A stretch of DNA of 59,283 bases, filler included. It is 7 parts of 7 records of this genome, joined end to end, with 100 filler letters (N's around TTAATTAATTAA, not from the genome) between each part and the next. Parts side by side here need not be neighbours in the genome. Positions count along the whole stretch, not along the records: positions 45,519 to 50,682 come from SRR31156797_54006; positions 50,783 to 59,283 come from SRR31156797_54048; 5 more parts are not named here. The stretch is one strand, 5' to 3'. Made by a program: the position numbers and the translations under genes. Numbering within the stretch: position 1 is the stretch's first letter; each line of letters opens with the position of its first letter. Shown here piece by piece: positions 48,648-59,283 of the stretch. The notes beneath the pieces are model-generated. The model saw nothing but the letters and a program-made list of their open reading frames with translations, ran no database searches and was not told where the DNA came from.

Positions 48648-50682
48648 TCACCACCTCTTTTTCATGGCAACTGAATTTCTCTCTGCGAGATATCTGGTGC
48701 CTAACTTGGCAAGGATTTCAGCCTGTTTGATATCACCCTGTATTCGAGCCATTTCCTCCAGATGAATCACGGCCAGGCGGGCGGCGTTCAGCCGGAGGTT
48801 GTAGCCGTCATGTCCGGCGTGTTGCGCCTTGTTCTCTTCGAACTCGGCGGCGTATTCCATACACACTTGGTCGATCCGTGGTTTCAGCTCAGGGGAGTAC
48901 CTGGCCGAAAGCAAAAGCGTATGCATGAGCACGGGCGATGGATCGCGACGAAAGCCCCTGATGATCAGATCGAGCCCCGTTCGTTTCCGAGACTTGCTGC
49001 GGAAGAGCAGGAGGTTATGGCCCATGGCCAGATCCGCGCGGAACTCGTCCGGATACACGACCTTGCCGGTGAACATGCCATCGTATAGTCTCTTGCCTCG
49101 CGCCGTCTTGACATTGACGAGGAGCTTCTGCCTGCTGTCGAGAAAGGCGACACGCCAGTCCAGGTTTCCTTCAAGGGCCTGAGCGAGCGGGCTGTCGAAC
49201 TCGGCGCCCGGCATGAGGGTCAGCCAGACGTCATGTTTCTGCAACTCGTCAGTCAGCCATCGTCCCGACTCGGTGTACTCCTGCGTGGTCAGGTCGCGTC
49301 CAGCCAACGCCGCTTCCCTCCAGATGGGTCCGCCGGACATCAGTTCCGTCCAGCGGTCAAACGCGGCGCGGTCGTAGGCGGCCTGTGCCCGACCATCCAT
49401 GAATAGTCTCAGTGGTGTTCTGCCCGTGTTGGGATCGGGCTGCTGGCCCCAGGCCAGGAAGCCACCCTCAGTCCAGTGGTTTAGCATGTTGCCATCCAGT
49501 TTGTTGGCCCGGATGAACCGGCAGGCTTCGAAGGGCTTGGCAGCGGAGGCTGTCATGCGCATGAAGATCGAGTTGCGCTGGGCGTCTGACGGCCAGTAGT
49601 CGAGATAGACCCGCTTGAACTTCAGACCCCAGACTGTTCCCAGAACCAGCACGACGACGGCGCCGGCAATGATACAGATCGTCCTGAGAGCGGCCGGTAC
49701 CTCCGGCCTGCCTTCCCGACGGTAGCTAAGGACGGCGGCAGCGTTGCGGACAGCCTGCTGGGCGAAGAGCGCTATCAATGGGCAAGCGGCAAAGGCGGCG
49801 ATCGGGATGAATCGGCGGGACTTGATCGCCATGAAGATGGTCATACTGGCAATCACAAGGAGGGTCAGGTCTAATCTGGGCCATACGAAGCCCGTGGCGC
49901 TTTTCGCCTCCTTCCTCTTCGCGATGGCATGATCGACGATGCGGGCGGTGCGAAGGAGACTGACAGTCCAAACCAGGAGGCATAGCCAGGCGAGGATATA
50001 CATGACCAGGAACGGCTTGGCGGTGCCGACGGGATTGGACCAGTCGAAGGCCCGGTGCCACTCTTGGATGTTCCGCCATCGCTCGGCGTGCTTGCTGACG
50101 CTGATGACGAGAGTGTGGGTCAGGTTCGTCAGGTGGAAGGGATTGAACACCACCATGGCGACGAAGGCAGTGGCACCAGCCGCTACCGTGTGAATGATGC
50201 CCTTCGTCTCCATCGCACGGACGACCCTGTCCCTCAGGGCGACGACGATCACAGCCAGGACCAGAGCGAAGAACGATATGCCCAGGTGCACGAGACGCGC
50301 ACCGGCCGCATAGTCTTCCAGCCTCTGCCGGCCCAGCGTGTTCAGTTCAGCGGGGATCGCCGGCAGGTAACGTGCGAATAGGACGAGGAACAGGAGCCCA
50401 GAGACGATCCCATGGAGAGCTGCCAGGACGCCGTAACCGAATTTCTTGTTGAGCATCATTGCGATACTGGCGGCGATGGCCACCAGTCCGAGGTAGAGCA
50501 CCCAGTCGCGGCAGGCAGGTATGGCCTGGAGCCATTCATGGTTGAGGAACCGATGGGCCCTGAGACAGAGGACCGACCATGTCAGCATGCTGTAGGCCGC
50601 GATGGTCCAGCGCTTGGGCAGTCGCATGAGTAGATGCCAGCCGACGAAGGGGACGAGCATCATGAAGGCGTAGATGTAGCCG
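48648..50682 (-). CDS. Large integral membrane protein (GT-C-like), N-terminally truncated
   Basis: Many TM segments; FNPF, IQEW, SRRFIP, NHWTEGGFLAW, LFMDGRAQ motifs. Confidence 0.7.
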
Positions 50683-50782
50683 NNNNNNNNNNNNNNNNNN
50701 NNNNNNNNNNNNNNNNNNNNNNNNNNTTAATTAATTAANNNNNNNNNNNNNNNNNNNNNNNNNNNNNNNNNNNNNNNNNNNN
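50683..50782. other. Artificial contig spacer
   Basis: N44-TTAATTAATTAA-N44. Confidence 0.99.
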
Positions 50783-50783
50783 G

Positions 50784-51155
50784 GCCGCCTATGAAGAGGC
50801 CCTGGCCCATGCAAAGGGGAGAATCCAGGGCGGAAAATCCCTGTTCGAGCACCAGACCATCCAGCACAAGCTGTTCAAGATGTTCATGAAGATCGAGGCG
50901 GCCCGGGCCCTGTCCCGTGCCGCCATGATCTACAACTATAACAACACGCCGCCCCTGATCCAGTACTCCATCGCTGCCAAGGTGTTCTGCACCGATGTCG
51001 CCTTTGAGGTGACCAACGATGCCGTCCAGATCTTCGGGGGCAGCGGCGTGAGCCGGGAATACCCGGTGGAGAAATTCTTCAGGGACGCCAGGGCCGGCCT
51101 CATCGAGGACGGCGCCAACGACAGCCTCATGGTCACGGCGGCCCATCACCTGTGA
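50784..51155 (+). CDS. Acyl-CoA dehydrogenase, C-terminal fragment
   Basis: RIQGGKSLFEHQ, AVQIFGGSG, EKFFRDAR, IEDGAN. Confidence 0.92.
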   Translation, partial: AAYEEALAHAKGRIQGGKSLFEHQTIQHKLFKMFMKIEAARALSRAAMIYNYNNTPPLIQYSIAAKVFCTDVAFEVTNDAVQIFGGSGVSREYPVEKFFRDARAGLIEDGANDSLMVTAAHHL

Positions 51156-51192
51156 TGCCCATGATAACCCGCTTTCAGCAAAGGATACGCAA

Positions 51193-52431
51193 ATGAACGA
51201 CGTATACGTAATCGGGCTTGGCATGATTCGGTTCAACAAATATCCGGACCGGGATGTCAGGGATATGGCCCATGAAGTCACCAATCTGGCCCTCAGGGAC
51301 GCGGCCCTGGAAAAGAATGCCCTCCAGGCCGCCTATTTCTCCAACACCTTTTGGGGCATGTTTTCCAACCAGCACTCCATCCGGGGCCAGGTGGTGCTTC
51401 GCTCCATGGGCATCGAGGCCATCCCGGTCACCAACGTGGAAAACGCTTGCGCCGGGGCTTCCACCGCCCTTCATCTGGCCTATGCCGGCATCCGGGCGGG
51501 CATCCATGACGTGGCCCTGGTCCTGGGATCGGAGAAGATTTCCAATCCCAACAAGGCGCTTTCCCTTGGTGCCTATGCCTCCTGCATGGATGTGGAGAAT
51601 TTCGGGGCCCACATGGAGATGATGGAAAAGATCAGCACCACCCTGAAAGTGACCCTGCCCCCGGGCCAGACACCGCCGGGCAAGGACCGCAGCGTGTTCA
51701 TGGACGCTTATGCCATGGGCGCAAGGTGGCACATGGACCGGTTCGGCACCACCCAGCGGCAGCTGGCGGCCATCTGCGCAAAGAATCACTGGCACGGCTC
51801 CCTCAACCCCCAGTCCCAGTACCAGCAGACCATGGATGTGGACGCGGTGCTCAAGGACAAGGCCGTGGCCTATCCCTTGACCCGGGCCATGTGCGCTCCG
51901 GTGGGGGACGGGGCGGCGGCCGCCATCGTCTGTTCCGGGTCGTACCTCAAACGGCTGGCCCATGCACGGCCCGTGCGAATTCGGGCCTCGGTCCTGGGCA
52001 CCGGCACGGACAGGGACCTTGACGGGGAGGATATCGGCGAGCGCCTGGTGAAACAGGCCTATGGGGCCGCAGGGGTTGGTCCTGAAGATATCAGCCTTGC
52101 CGAACTCCATGACGCCACTGCCTACGGAGAGCTTCACCAGACCGAGGCCATGGGGTTCTGCCCCATGGGAGAGGGGGGGGCCTATGCCGAATCCGGGGCC
52201 ACCACCCTGGGCGGGAAACAGCCGGTCAACACCAGCGGCGGCCTGGAATGCCGGGGACATCCCATCGGCGCCTCGGGGCTGGCACAGATCTATGAGATCG
52301 GGCTCCAGCTCAGGGGAGAGGCGGGCCCGCGCCAGGTGGAAGGCGCGCGCCTCGGCCTTGCCGAGAACGGCGGGGGAAACATCGGGGTGGAAGAGGCGGC
52401 CATGTGCATCCACATCCTGGAGAAGGTGTGA
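51193..52431 (+). CDS. Thiolase family protein (SCP-x type)
   Basis: VENACAGAS, ELHDA, GHPIGASG, ENGGG. Confidence 0.93.
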   Translation: MNDVYVIGLGMIRFNKYPDRDVRDMAHEVTNLALRDAALEKNALQAAYFSNTFWGMFSNQHSIRGQVVLRSMGIEAIPVTNVENACAGASTALHLAYAGIRAGIHDVALVLGSEKISNPNKALSLGAYASCMDVENFGAHMEMMEKISTTLKVTLPPGQTPPGKDRSVFMDAYAMGARWHMDRFGTTQRQLAAICAKNHWHGSLNPQSQYQQTMDVDAVLKDKAVAYPLTRAMCAPVGDGAAAAIVCSGSYLKRLAHARPVRIRASVLGTGTDRDLDGEDIGERLVKQAYGAAGVGPEDISLAELHDATAYGELHQTEAMGFCPMGEGGAYAESGATTLGGKQPVNTSGGLECRGHPIGASGLAQIYEIGLQLRGEAGPRQVEGARLGLAENGGGNIGVEEAAMCIHILEKV

Positions 52432-53213
52432 TGAAAAAGAGCATCTTCATCACCGGCGCCGCCTCGGGCATCGGCCGCGCCACGGCCCTTCTCTTTGCCA
52501 AGAAAGGCTGGTTCGTGGGGCTGTTCGACCTGAACGAGCCAGCCCTTGAATCCCTTGCCCGTGAGATCGGGGAAGGGAACGCTTGCTTCATGAAAACCGA
52601 TGTCACCTCCCGGGAGAGCCTGGGGGGGGCTGCGGCCATGATGGCGAAAGCCGCCGAAGGCCGGCTGGATCTCTTGTTCAACTGTGCGGGCGTCCTGTTC
52701 ATGGGCCCCAACGAGACCATTGATATCGCCGACCAGAAACGATGTGTGGATATCAATCTCACCGGGGTGCTCAACGCCATTGACGCCTGCCTGCCCCTGC
52801 TGAAAAACACCCCCTCATCCGGGATCATCACCATGTCTTCTGCTTCTGCCGTGTACGGCATTCCCGAGCTGTCGGTCTATTCCGCCACCAAGCATGCCGT
52901 ATCCGGCCTCACCGAAGCCCTGAACATCGAGCTTGAGCCCCAGGATATCCATGTGTGCGATATCCTGGCCCCCTATGTGAAAACCCCCATGATCCTTGGG
53001 GCCGAAACCCGTGCCACCAGCGTCTCCCGCCTCGAGGTCCGTCTGACCCCGGAAGCGGTCGCCGCCATGGTGTGGCGGGCCTGCCATGGAAAACGGGTGC
53101 ACTGGCGGCTGGGGTGGCAGCTGAGGCTGCTTTCCCTGCTGGCCTGGGCCCTGCCCTTTGCGAAACGTCCCCTGGTAAAGGCGTTGGCCTTTTCCCGCAA
53201 ACCCGCATCATAG
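52431..53213 (+). CDS. SDR family oxidoreductase
   Basis: ITGAASGIG, NCAG, YSATK; TGATG overlap with thiolase. Confidence 0.93.
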   Translation: MKKSIFITGAASGIGRATALLFAKKGWFVGLFDLNEPALESLAREIGEGNACFMKTDVTSRESLGGAAAMMAKAAEGRLDLLFNCAGVLFMGPNETIDIADQKRCVDINLTGVLNAIDACLPLLKNTPSSGIITMSSASAVYGIPELSVYSATKHAVSGLTEALNIELEPQDIHVCDILAPYVKTPMILGAETRATSVSRLEVRLTPEAVAAMVWRACHGKRVHWRLGWQLRLLSLLAWALPFAKRPLVKALAFSRKPAS

Positions 53214-53547
53214 AACACGCCGCCGCGCTACGGCCCTGCGCCCTGGCGCGGCGGTTAACAACACGGGAAAATGGCCGGTTCGACTTCAGGATTTCAAAAA
53301 AAACAAAAATGTGGTACCCATGATGAATGTAAAAGGGTTGTGGGAATCAGCTCTTTCCAAACTCTCCCCATGACAGGTTATTCCCCCTGCTTTGGTTCTT
53401 TTCCGCAGGCATCTTTTCTGAGCGGCAAATCGCTTTTCCCAGTGAGCAACGGTGTGGCTGTTTGATCGCGACAAAAGGTCATTCGTTCAAAGGACCCTCT
53501 GTGCCTTAATCTTTATACCCCTGCCCGGGGAAAACAAGGAGGTTGTC

Positions 53548-55554
53548 ATGACACCAGAGATCAAAACCGGGATGAATAAAAGCGGGCACCCCATGCTGTC
53601 CGCTCTTTCCCCGGCCAGGATGAAAAAGGGTAAAATCATCTCCAGCGAAGAGGCGATCCAGCTGATCCGGGACGGTGACACCGTTGCTACGGGCGGGTTT
53701 GTCGGCATTGGATTTGCCGAGCAGATCGCCGTTGACCTGGAGTCCTATTTCCTGCGAACCGGAACCCCCCGGAACCTCACCCTGGTCTATGCCGCGGGTC
53801 AGGGGGACGGACAAACCAAAGGGTTGAACCACCTGGGCCATGAAGGCCTTGTCAAGAGAGTGATCGGCGGCCATTGGGGACTTGTGCCGACCCTCCAGAA
53901 ACTGGCCATGGGGAACAAGATTACCGCCTATAACCTGCCCCAGGGGGTGATCTCTCACATGTTCCGGGACATTGCCGGGGGCAAGCCTAGAACCATCACC
54001 ACCGTGGGCCTCGGCACCTTTGTGGATCCCCGCCACGGCGGTGGCAAAATCAATGGGATGACCACGGAAGAGATCGTGGAACTGGTTGAATTCGACGGTA
54101 AGGAGTACCTGGCCTACAAAACCCTGCCCATTGATATTGCTTTGCTGCGGGGCACCACGGCGGACACCGACGGTAACATCACCATGGAGAAAGAGGCGCT
54201 GACCCTGGAGTCCCTGGCCATTGCCACCGCGGCCCGGAATTCCGGAGGGCTGGTTATTGTCCAGGTGGAGCGGATCGCCGAGCGGGGCTCCCTGGACCCC
54301 CGCCAGGTCAAGATCCCGGGCATCCTGGTGGACAGTGTGGTGGTGGCGAAGCCCGAATATCACTGGCAGACCTTTGCCGAAACTTACAACCCCGCCTTCA
54401 GCAGCGAAGTCAAGGTGCCCATGCAGTTCGTCAAGCCCATGGCCATGGACGAGCGAAAAATCATTGCCCGCCGGGCCGCCATGGAATTCAAGGCCAACAG
54501 CGTGGTCAACCTGGGTATTGGTATGCCCGAGGGCCTGGCCAGTGTGGCCAACGAAGAGAAGATTCTTGATCTTCTTACCTTGACCGCGGAACCGGGGGTC
54601 ATCGGCGGCCTGCCGGCAGGGGGGCTCAATTTTGGCGCGGCAACCAATACGGATGCCCTCATTGACCAGCCCTACCAGTTTGATTTCTATGACGGCGGCG
54701 GCCTGGACCTGGCCTTTCTGGGACTTGCCCAGGCCGACGGCCAGGGCAACCTGAACGTCAGTAAATTCGGCCCCCGGCTGGCCGGGGCGGGCGGGTTTAT
54801 CAACATCAGCCAGAATGCCAAGAAAGTGATCTATGTGGGCACCTTTACGGCCCGGGGATTAAAGGTCACCGTCCATGGCGGCAAGCTTTTCATCAACACC
54901 GAGGGAGATGTGAAAAAGTTTGTCAGCCAGGTGGAGCAGGTGAGCTTCAGCGGCAGGTATGCGGTGGAGCAGCGCCAGCCTGTTTTATACGTCACCGAGC
55001 GGTGTGTGTTTTCGCTGACGGAAAAGGGGATGGCGCTTGTGGAGGTGGCCCCGGGCATCGATATTGAGAAGCATATCCTGTCTCAAATGGCGTTCAAACC
55101 CATCATGGACACGCCGCCCTGTGAGATGGATCCGCGGATTTTCAGGGAAGAGCCCATGGGGCTCAGGGACGACATGCTGGAGCTCTCCCTGGAAGACCGG
55201 CTCACCTACAATGCCGGGGAAAACCTCTTTTTTGTCAACTTTGAGGGATTCGCCATCCGAAGCCGGGCCGACATCACCCAGGTCCGGCAATCCATCGAGA
55301 TTCTTTTGGGGCCCCTGGGAAAACAGGTCTACGCCATTGTCAATTATGACAACTTCACCATCCATGACGAACTCCTGGAGGAGTATACGGGGATGGTCAA
55401 GGATATTGTGGATCGGTTTTACTCCGGGGTGACCCGGTACACCACCTCGGCCTTTTATCGCATGAAAATCGGTGATGCCCTGAAAAAGCGTAATGTCGCC
55501 CCCCATATCTATGAAACCAAGGAGGAGGCGAGCAACGCCCTGAAAAGACTCTGA
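53548..55554 (+). CDS. Family I acyl-CoA:acetate/3-ketoacid CoA transferase (YdiF/Pct-like) with extra C-terminal domain
   Basis: [23 protein letters not shown] (catalytic Glu), [18 protein letters not shown]. Confidence 0.92.
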   Translation: MTPEIKTGMNKSGHPMLSALSPARMKKGKIISSEEAIQLIRDGDTVATGGFVGIGFAEQIAVDLESYFLRTGTPRNLTLVYAAGQGDGQTKGLNHLGHEGLVKRVIGGHWGLVPTLQKLAMGNKITAYNLPQGVISHMFRDIAGGKPRTITTVGLGTFVDPRHGGGKINGMTTEEIVELVEFDGKEYLAYKTLPIDIALLRGTTADTDGNITMEKEALTLESLAIATAARNSGGLVIVQVERIAERGSLDPRQVKIPGILVDSVVVAKPEYHWQTFAETYNPAFSSEVKVPMQFVKPMAMDERKIIARRAAMEFKANSVVNLGIGMPEGLASVANEEKILDLLTLTAEPGVIGGLPAGGLNFGAATNTDALIDQPYQFDFYDGGGLDLAFLGLAQADGQGNLNVSKFGPRLAGAGGFINISQNAKKVIYVGTFTARGLKVTVHGGKLFINTEGDVKKFVSQVEQVSFSGRYAVEQRQPVLYVTERCVFSLTEKGMALVEVAPGIDIEKHILSQMAFKPIMDTPPCEMDPRIFREEPMGLRDDMLELSLEDRLTYNAGENLFFVNFEGFAIRSRADITQVRQSIEILLGPLGKQVYAIVNYDNFTIHDELLEEYTGMVKDIVDRFYSGVTRYTTSAFYRMKIGDALKKRNVAPHIYETKEEASNALKRL

Positions 55555-55687
55555 TTCAGCCAGGTTAGACCACGTTCGGGGAGCGCTCCGGGAACCAGGG
55601 GGAAGACCCGCGACCTTGAAATGGGAAAAAGGAGCGTTCCTGCCGCCACAGCCGATCTCTCAGCACTGTAAAACGCCGGGCTTGGAA

Positions 55688-55716
55688 AATAATGCGTAAA
55701 TTTTTCACGCATTATT
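55688..55716. promoter_or_regulatory. Perfect 10-bp inverted repeat, candidate operator
   Basis: AATAATGCGT-N9-ACGCATTATT about 150 nt upstream of the PEP-binding gene. Confidence 0.55.
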
Positions 55717-55865
55717 GCCATGGTTTTATCGTGTTGCCTAAAGCAGGAAATTACAATACAAAGAATCCCACGTGAATGCGTAAGAGAGTATCGCATTCTT
55801 ATTGTGGTCAATGCCCAAGCCCGGGATTGACGCCACGTTCGATCAACCCTTACGGCAGAACAAAC

Positions 55866-58853
55866 ATGGACGGACACAAGAGAGTATCAAAAACGGAACT
55901 GCATGTGAAGCCTGAAATCTTCAGGGAGCTGATGCCCCTGCAGGTCCGGGAGATCCTCCTCATTTCCAGTCTTTATAATATCTACAACATGGAGGAGGAC
56001 GGCAGCCTCACCTCCAAGATTGTGAACGAGTACAGGGGGCTGAGCCTCTCCCATCCCCCGCGGATCACCGGGGTTTCCTCGGTAAAGGGGGCGCTCACCC
56101 TTCTTCGGGAGAAGAAGTTCGACCTGGTCTTCCTGGTGCCCCACCTGGAGGGGATGGACCCCGTGACCCTGGGGAAACAGATCAAGACGATCCGCCCCGA
56201 TCTTCCGGTCATCCTGCTCTCCCCCAGCACCCGGGGCATTTTCCCCGAGCTGAGGCTCAACCAGGTTGAGGGCATCGACCGGACCTTTATCTGGTCGGGT
56301 AATCCGGATATGCTCCTTGCCATGGTGAAGAGCACCGAGGATCATCTCAACGTCCGCCACGATACCCGGTCCGGCAATGTCCGGGTGGTGATCCTGGTGG
56401 AGGACTCCCCGGAGTATGCCTCCTATTTTCTGCCCATCATCTACAAGGAGATCGTCTCCCAGACCCAGGCTTTGCTGGAGATCGGATGCAATGACACCCT
56501 CAAGCTTCTGACCATGCGGGCACGGCCCAAGATCCTCCTGGCCGCCACCTATGAAGAGGCCATGGCGTTCTACGAGCAATACCGCTCCTATCTTCTCTGC
56601 GTGATTGCGGACACCCGGCTGTCAAGGGACGGGAAAGAGGAGCCGGAGGCCGGGATCTCCATCCTTTCCCGGATACGGCAGGAGGTCCCGGAAATTCCCC
56701 TGCTGCTCATGAGTTCCGAGGAGGAGAACCGGGAGCGGGCCGAAAAAATCCCGGCGGTTTTCCTGGATAAAAACGTCTCGGACCTGTACGGGGAGCTTCA
56801 CAATTTCTTTCTGAACCACCTGGGATTCGGCGATTTTGTCTTTTGCTCGGCCCATGGTGAGGAGATCGACCGGGCTTCCAACCTCATGAAGCTCGAGGAA
56901 AAGCTTGCCGCCATTCCGGACGAGTCCCTCATGTACCATGCGGACCGGGACCATTTTTCAAACTGGCTCATGGCACGGTCTGAGATCGGCCTGGGACTCC
57001 AGTTCCGGGCCGTGAAAAGCGCCGACTTCAAAGACGCGGATGAGCTTCGCGCCTACATCATCACCAATGTCCACGAGCTCAGGATACAGCGCTACCGGGG
57101 CATCATCCTTCAGTTCGACCGGAACCTGTTCGATGCCGAGGTGATGGCGTTCGTCAAGATCGGCCGGGGCTCCCTCGGGGGCAAGGCCCGGGGACTGGCC
57201 TTCATGGCGGGCCTTCTTCGCCAGCACTCCGAGATTCAGGAACGCTATCCCGATATCAACGTCAGGATTCCAAAGACCCTGGTGATCTGTACGGACATCT
57301 TTGACCGGTTCGTCAGTGAAAATAACCTCCAGGGGTATCTCGAGCCGGGGTTCAAGGTGAGGGAGATCGTCCAGGCATTCATCGACGCCCCCCTGCCCGA
57401 CCATGTGACCCAAAAGCTTGCCGTTTTCCTTGAACAGGTGACCGTGCCCCTGGCGGTGCGCTCCTCGAGCCAGCTGGAGGATGCCCATTTCCAGCCCTAT
57501 GCCGGGCTCTACAAGACCTACAAGATCCCCAACAACCACCCGGATCCGTTGATCCGGCTGGACCATCTTGCCACGGCCATCAAACTTGTGTACGCATCCA
57601 CCTATTACGAGGATGCCAAGGCCTTTTACCGGAGCACCTCCACCCAGCCCTTCAACGACTCCATGGCCGTTATTATCCAGGAGGTGGGCGGGGACCAGTA
57701 CGACGATTACTTTTACCCGGCCATCTCAGGGGTGGCCCAGTCCTACAACTTCTACCCGTTTTCCCACATGAAGGCCGAGGACGGGGTGCTGCATCTTGCC
57801 CTGGGGCTGGGCAAGACCGTGGTAGAGGGGGAGCAAAGCTTCAGGGTTTCGCCCAGATATCCCCATATCACCCCCCAGTTCGCAACGGCCGGGGATTTTC
57901 TGGACAACACCCAGCGCTCGTTTTACGCGTTAAAGACCAAAGGCTACCCGGAAGGGCTTCATTTTCCGATCCTGTCGAACCTGGAGCGCAGGGAGGTTGC
58001 GGACGCCCTGGAGGCGTTTCCCGTGAAGGCGCTTGCCAGCACCTATGTCGCGGATGAGGATCGCATCCGGGATACCTGGTACTGCCCGGGCCCGAAGGTC
58101 CTCACCTTTGCCCAGGTCTTGAAATACGACACGCCCCCCATCACCGGATTGATCAACGATCTTCTGGACCTGGGGAGGGAAGGGCTCGGGGCGCCGGTGG
58201 AGATCGAATTCTCGGCAAACCTCTACCCCGAAAAGGACAAGCCCTGCGATTTTTTCTTTCTCCAGATCCGGCCCATGGTGACAGGCGGAGACCGGGCCTG
58301 CGTGACCATCTCCCAGGAGGAGATCGACGCTGCCATGTGCTTCTCCGCCAAGGCCCTCGGCAACGGCATCATCGATACCATGGCGGACATCGTCTATGTC
58401 AAGCCCGGTGACTTCAAGGGGAACAAGACCCGGGAGATGGCACGGGAGATCAACACCATCAATGCAGGGCTCGTCAATGAAAACCGGCGGTACCTTCTGG
58501 CCGGTCCCGGCCGGTGGGGGGCCTCCGATCCCTGGCTCGGCATTCCGGTCAAGTGGCGTCACATTTCGGGCGCGGGCGCCATCCTGGAAACCAGAAGCAC
58601 GGCCATCAATGCCGATCCTTCCCAGGGGTCCCATTTTTTTCACAACATTACTTCCCTGGGGATTCCCTACATCACGGTGAACGAGACCCTGGCATCTTCC
58701 CAGGACCGTATTGACTGGCAGTGGCTGGAGAAGTTGCCGGCGGTCAATGAGACCCCATTTTTACGCCATGTGCGGCTGCCTGGGCCGCTGATGGTCAAGA
58801 TCGACGGAAAGCAATCATGGTGCGTCATTCTCGCGCCTGATAATAGAACTTGA
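55866..58853 (+). CDS. PEP/pyruvate-binding-domain protein with N-terminal receiver-like domains
   Basis: GSLGGKARGL, AVRSSSQLED...AGLY, GLGKTVV, FLQIRP, QGSHFFHN. Confidence 0.88.
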   Translation: MDGHKRVSKTELHVKPEIFRELMPLQVREILLISSLYNIYNMEEDGSLTSKIVNEYRGLSLSHPPRITGVSSVKGALTLLREKKFDLVFLVPHLEGMDPVTLGKQIKTIRPDLPVILLSPSTRGIFPELRLNQVEGIDRTFIWSGNPDMLLAMVKSTEDHLNVRHDTRSGNVRVVILVEDSPEYASYFLPIIYKEIVSQTQALLEIGCNDTLKLLTMRARPKILLAATYEEAMAFYEQYRSYLLCVIADTRLSRDGKEEPEAGISILSRIRQEVPEIPLLLMSSEEENRERAEKIPAVFLDKNVSDLYGELHNFFLNHLGFGDFVFCSAHGEEIDRASNLMKLEEKLAAIPDESLMYHADRDHFSNWLMARSEIGLGLQFRAVKSADFKDADELRAYIITNVHELRIQRYRGIILQFDRNLFDAEVMAFVKIGRGSLGGKARGLAFMAGLLRQHSEIQERYPDINVRIPKTLVICTDIFDRFVSENNLQGYLEPGFKVREIVQAFIDAPLPDHVTQKLAVFLEQVTVPLAVRSSSQLEDAHFQPYAGLYKTYKIPNNHPDPLIRLDHLATAIKLVYASTYYEDAKAFYRSTSTQPFNDSMAVIIQEVGGDQYDDYFYPAISGVAQSYNFYPFSHMKAEDGVLHLALGLGKTVVEGEQSFRVSPRYPHITPQFATAGDFLDNTQRSFYALKTKGYPEGLHFPILSNLERREVADALEAFPVKALASTYVADEDRIRDTWYCPGPKVLTFAQVLKYDTPPITGLINDLLDLGREGLGAPVEIEFSANLYPEKDKPCDFFFLQIRPMVTGGDRACVTISQEEIDAAMCFSAKALGNGIIDTMADIVYVKPGDFKGNKTREMAREINTINAGLVNENRRYLLAGPGRWGASDPWLGIPVKWRHISGAGAILETRSTAINADPSQGSHFFHNITSLGIPYITVNETLASSQDRIDWQWLEKLPAVNETPFLRHVRLPGPLMVKIDGKQSWCVILAPDNRT

Positions 58854-58916
58854 ATATTAGAACATTAATTACGATCGGCCTGGCCGATCCTTACACCCTT
58901 TTAAGGAGGTTACAAC

Positions 58917-59283
58917 ATGTCAGACGAATTAACACGTATCATCAATAAGGATCCCGAGCAGAAAGAGTTTCATCAGGCGGTTCAGGAAGTGGTGGAGACC
59001 GTTCAGCCGGTCCTGGACCGCAATCCCGAATACCGGCAGTCAAGGATCCTGGAGCGGATCGCCGAGCCCGAGCGTATGATCATGTTCAGGGTACCCTGGA
59101 TGGACGATGCGGGCCAGGTCCAGGTGAACCGTGGTTTCAGGATCGAGATGAACAGCGCCATCGGCCCCTACAAAGGCGGGCTGCGTTTCCATCCTTCCGT
59201 AAACCTGAGTATCCTCAAGTTCCTGGCCTTTGAGCAGGTGTTCAAGAACGCTTTGACCACCCTGCCCATGGGCGGCGGAAAGG
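58917..59283 (+). CDS. gdhA: NADP-specific glutamate dehydrogenase, runs off window end
   Basis: Not in ORF track. After AAGGAGG: MSDELTRIINKDPEQKEFHQAVQEV...GPYKGGLRFHPSVNLSILKFLAFEQVFKNALTTLPMGGGK. Confidence 0.96.
   Translation, partial: MSDELTRIINKDPEQKEFHQAVQEVVETVQPVLDRNPEYRQSRILERIAEPERMIMFRVPWMDDAGQVQVNRGFRIEMNSAIGPYKGGLRFHPSVNLSILKFLAFEQVFKNALTTLPMGGGK

Noticed and set aside
12698-50782. Recurrent TTAATTAATTAA flanked by Ns as a biological repeat
   Set aside because: Identical 100-nt artificial linkers with stops in all frames. ORFs crossing them and synteny across them are not meaningful.
51175-52413. Long antisense ORFs (also 10000..10929, 21311..22318, 5912..6877)
   Set aside because: Shadow ORFs opposite well-supported GC-rich genes, with no recognisable motifs.
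1-59283. CRISPR arrays, tRNA/rRNA genes, transposases, integrases
   Set aside because: None recognised by eye; small or degenerate elements could have been missed.

Overview
The window is a concatenation of seven contigs joined by six artificial 100-nt spacers (N44-TTAATTAATTAA-N44), so gene context is only valid within each contig. Gene content of most contigs suggests anaerobic Desulfobacterota-like bacteria (inference); 45519-50682 differs in content and may come from another organism. Contig 1 (1-12697): AOR, two Fe-ADH homologs and an SCP2-like gene; a PEP-CTERM gene; a TonB-dependent receptor; a Zn-hydrolase-like gene, glycyl radical enzyme, SCP2-like gene and activase. Contig 2: GntR-linked acyl-CoA catabolic operon. 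Contig 3: Mo-oxidoreductase fragment and ABC importer with phosphodiesterase. Contig 4: acyl-CoA ligase, surface proteins, prmA-like, tsaC. Contig 5: TetR and a Liv-type ABC importer with an embedded acyl-CoA synthetase. Contig 6: envelope/glycosylation-type genes. Contig 7: thiolase, SDR, CoA transferase, PEP-binding-domain protein, gdhA. Best finding: the TonB-dependent receptor that the ORF track splits in two is one continuous frame interrupted only by TGA-GTC-TGA (RLP-U-V-U-DIW) in the FRAP/NPNL loop and followed by a SECIS-like hairpin. It is a probable di-selenocysteine (UxU) outer-membrane transporter, preceded by a structured leader with an attenuator and a possible Sec-containing uORF. 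Second best: an uncharacterised GCVE-type glycyl radical enzyme operon.
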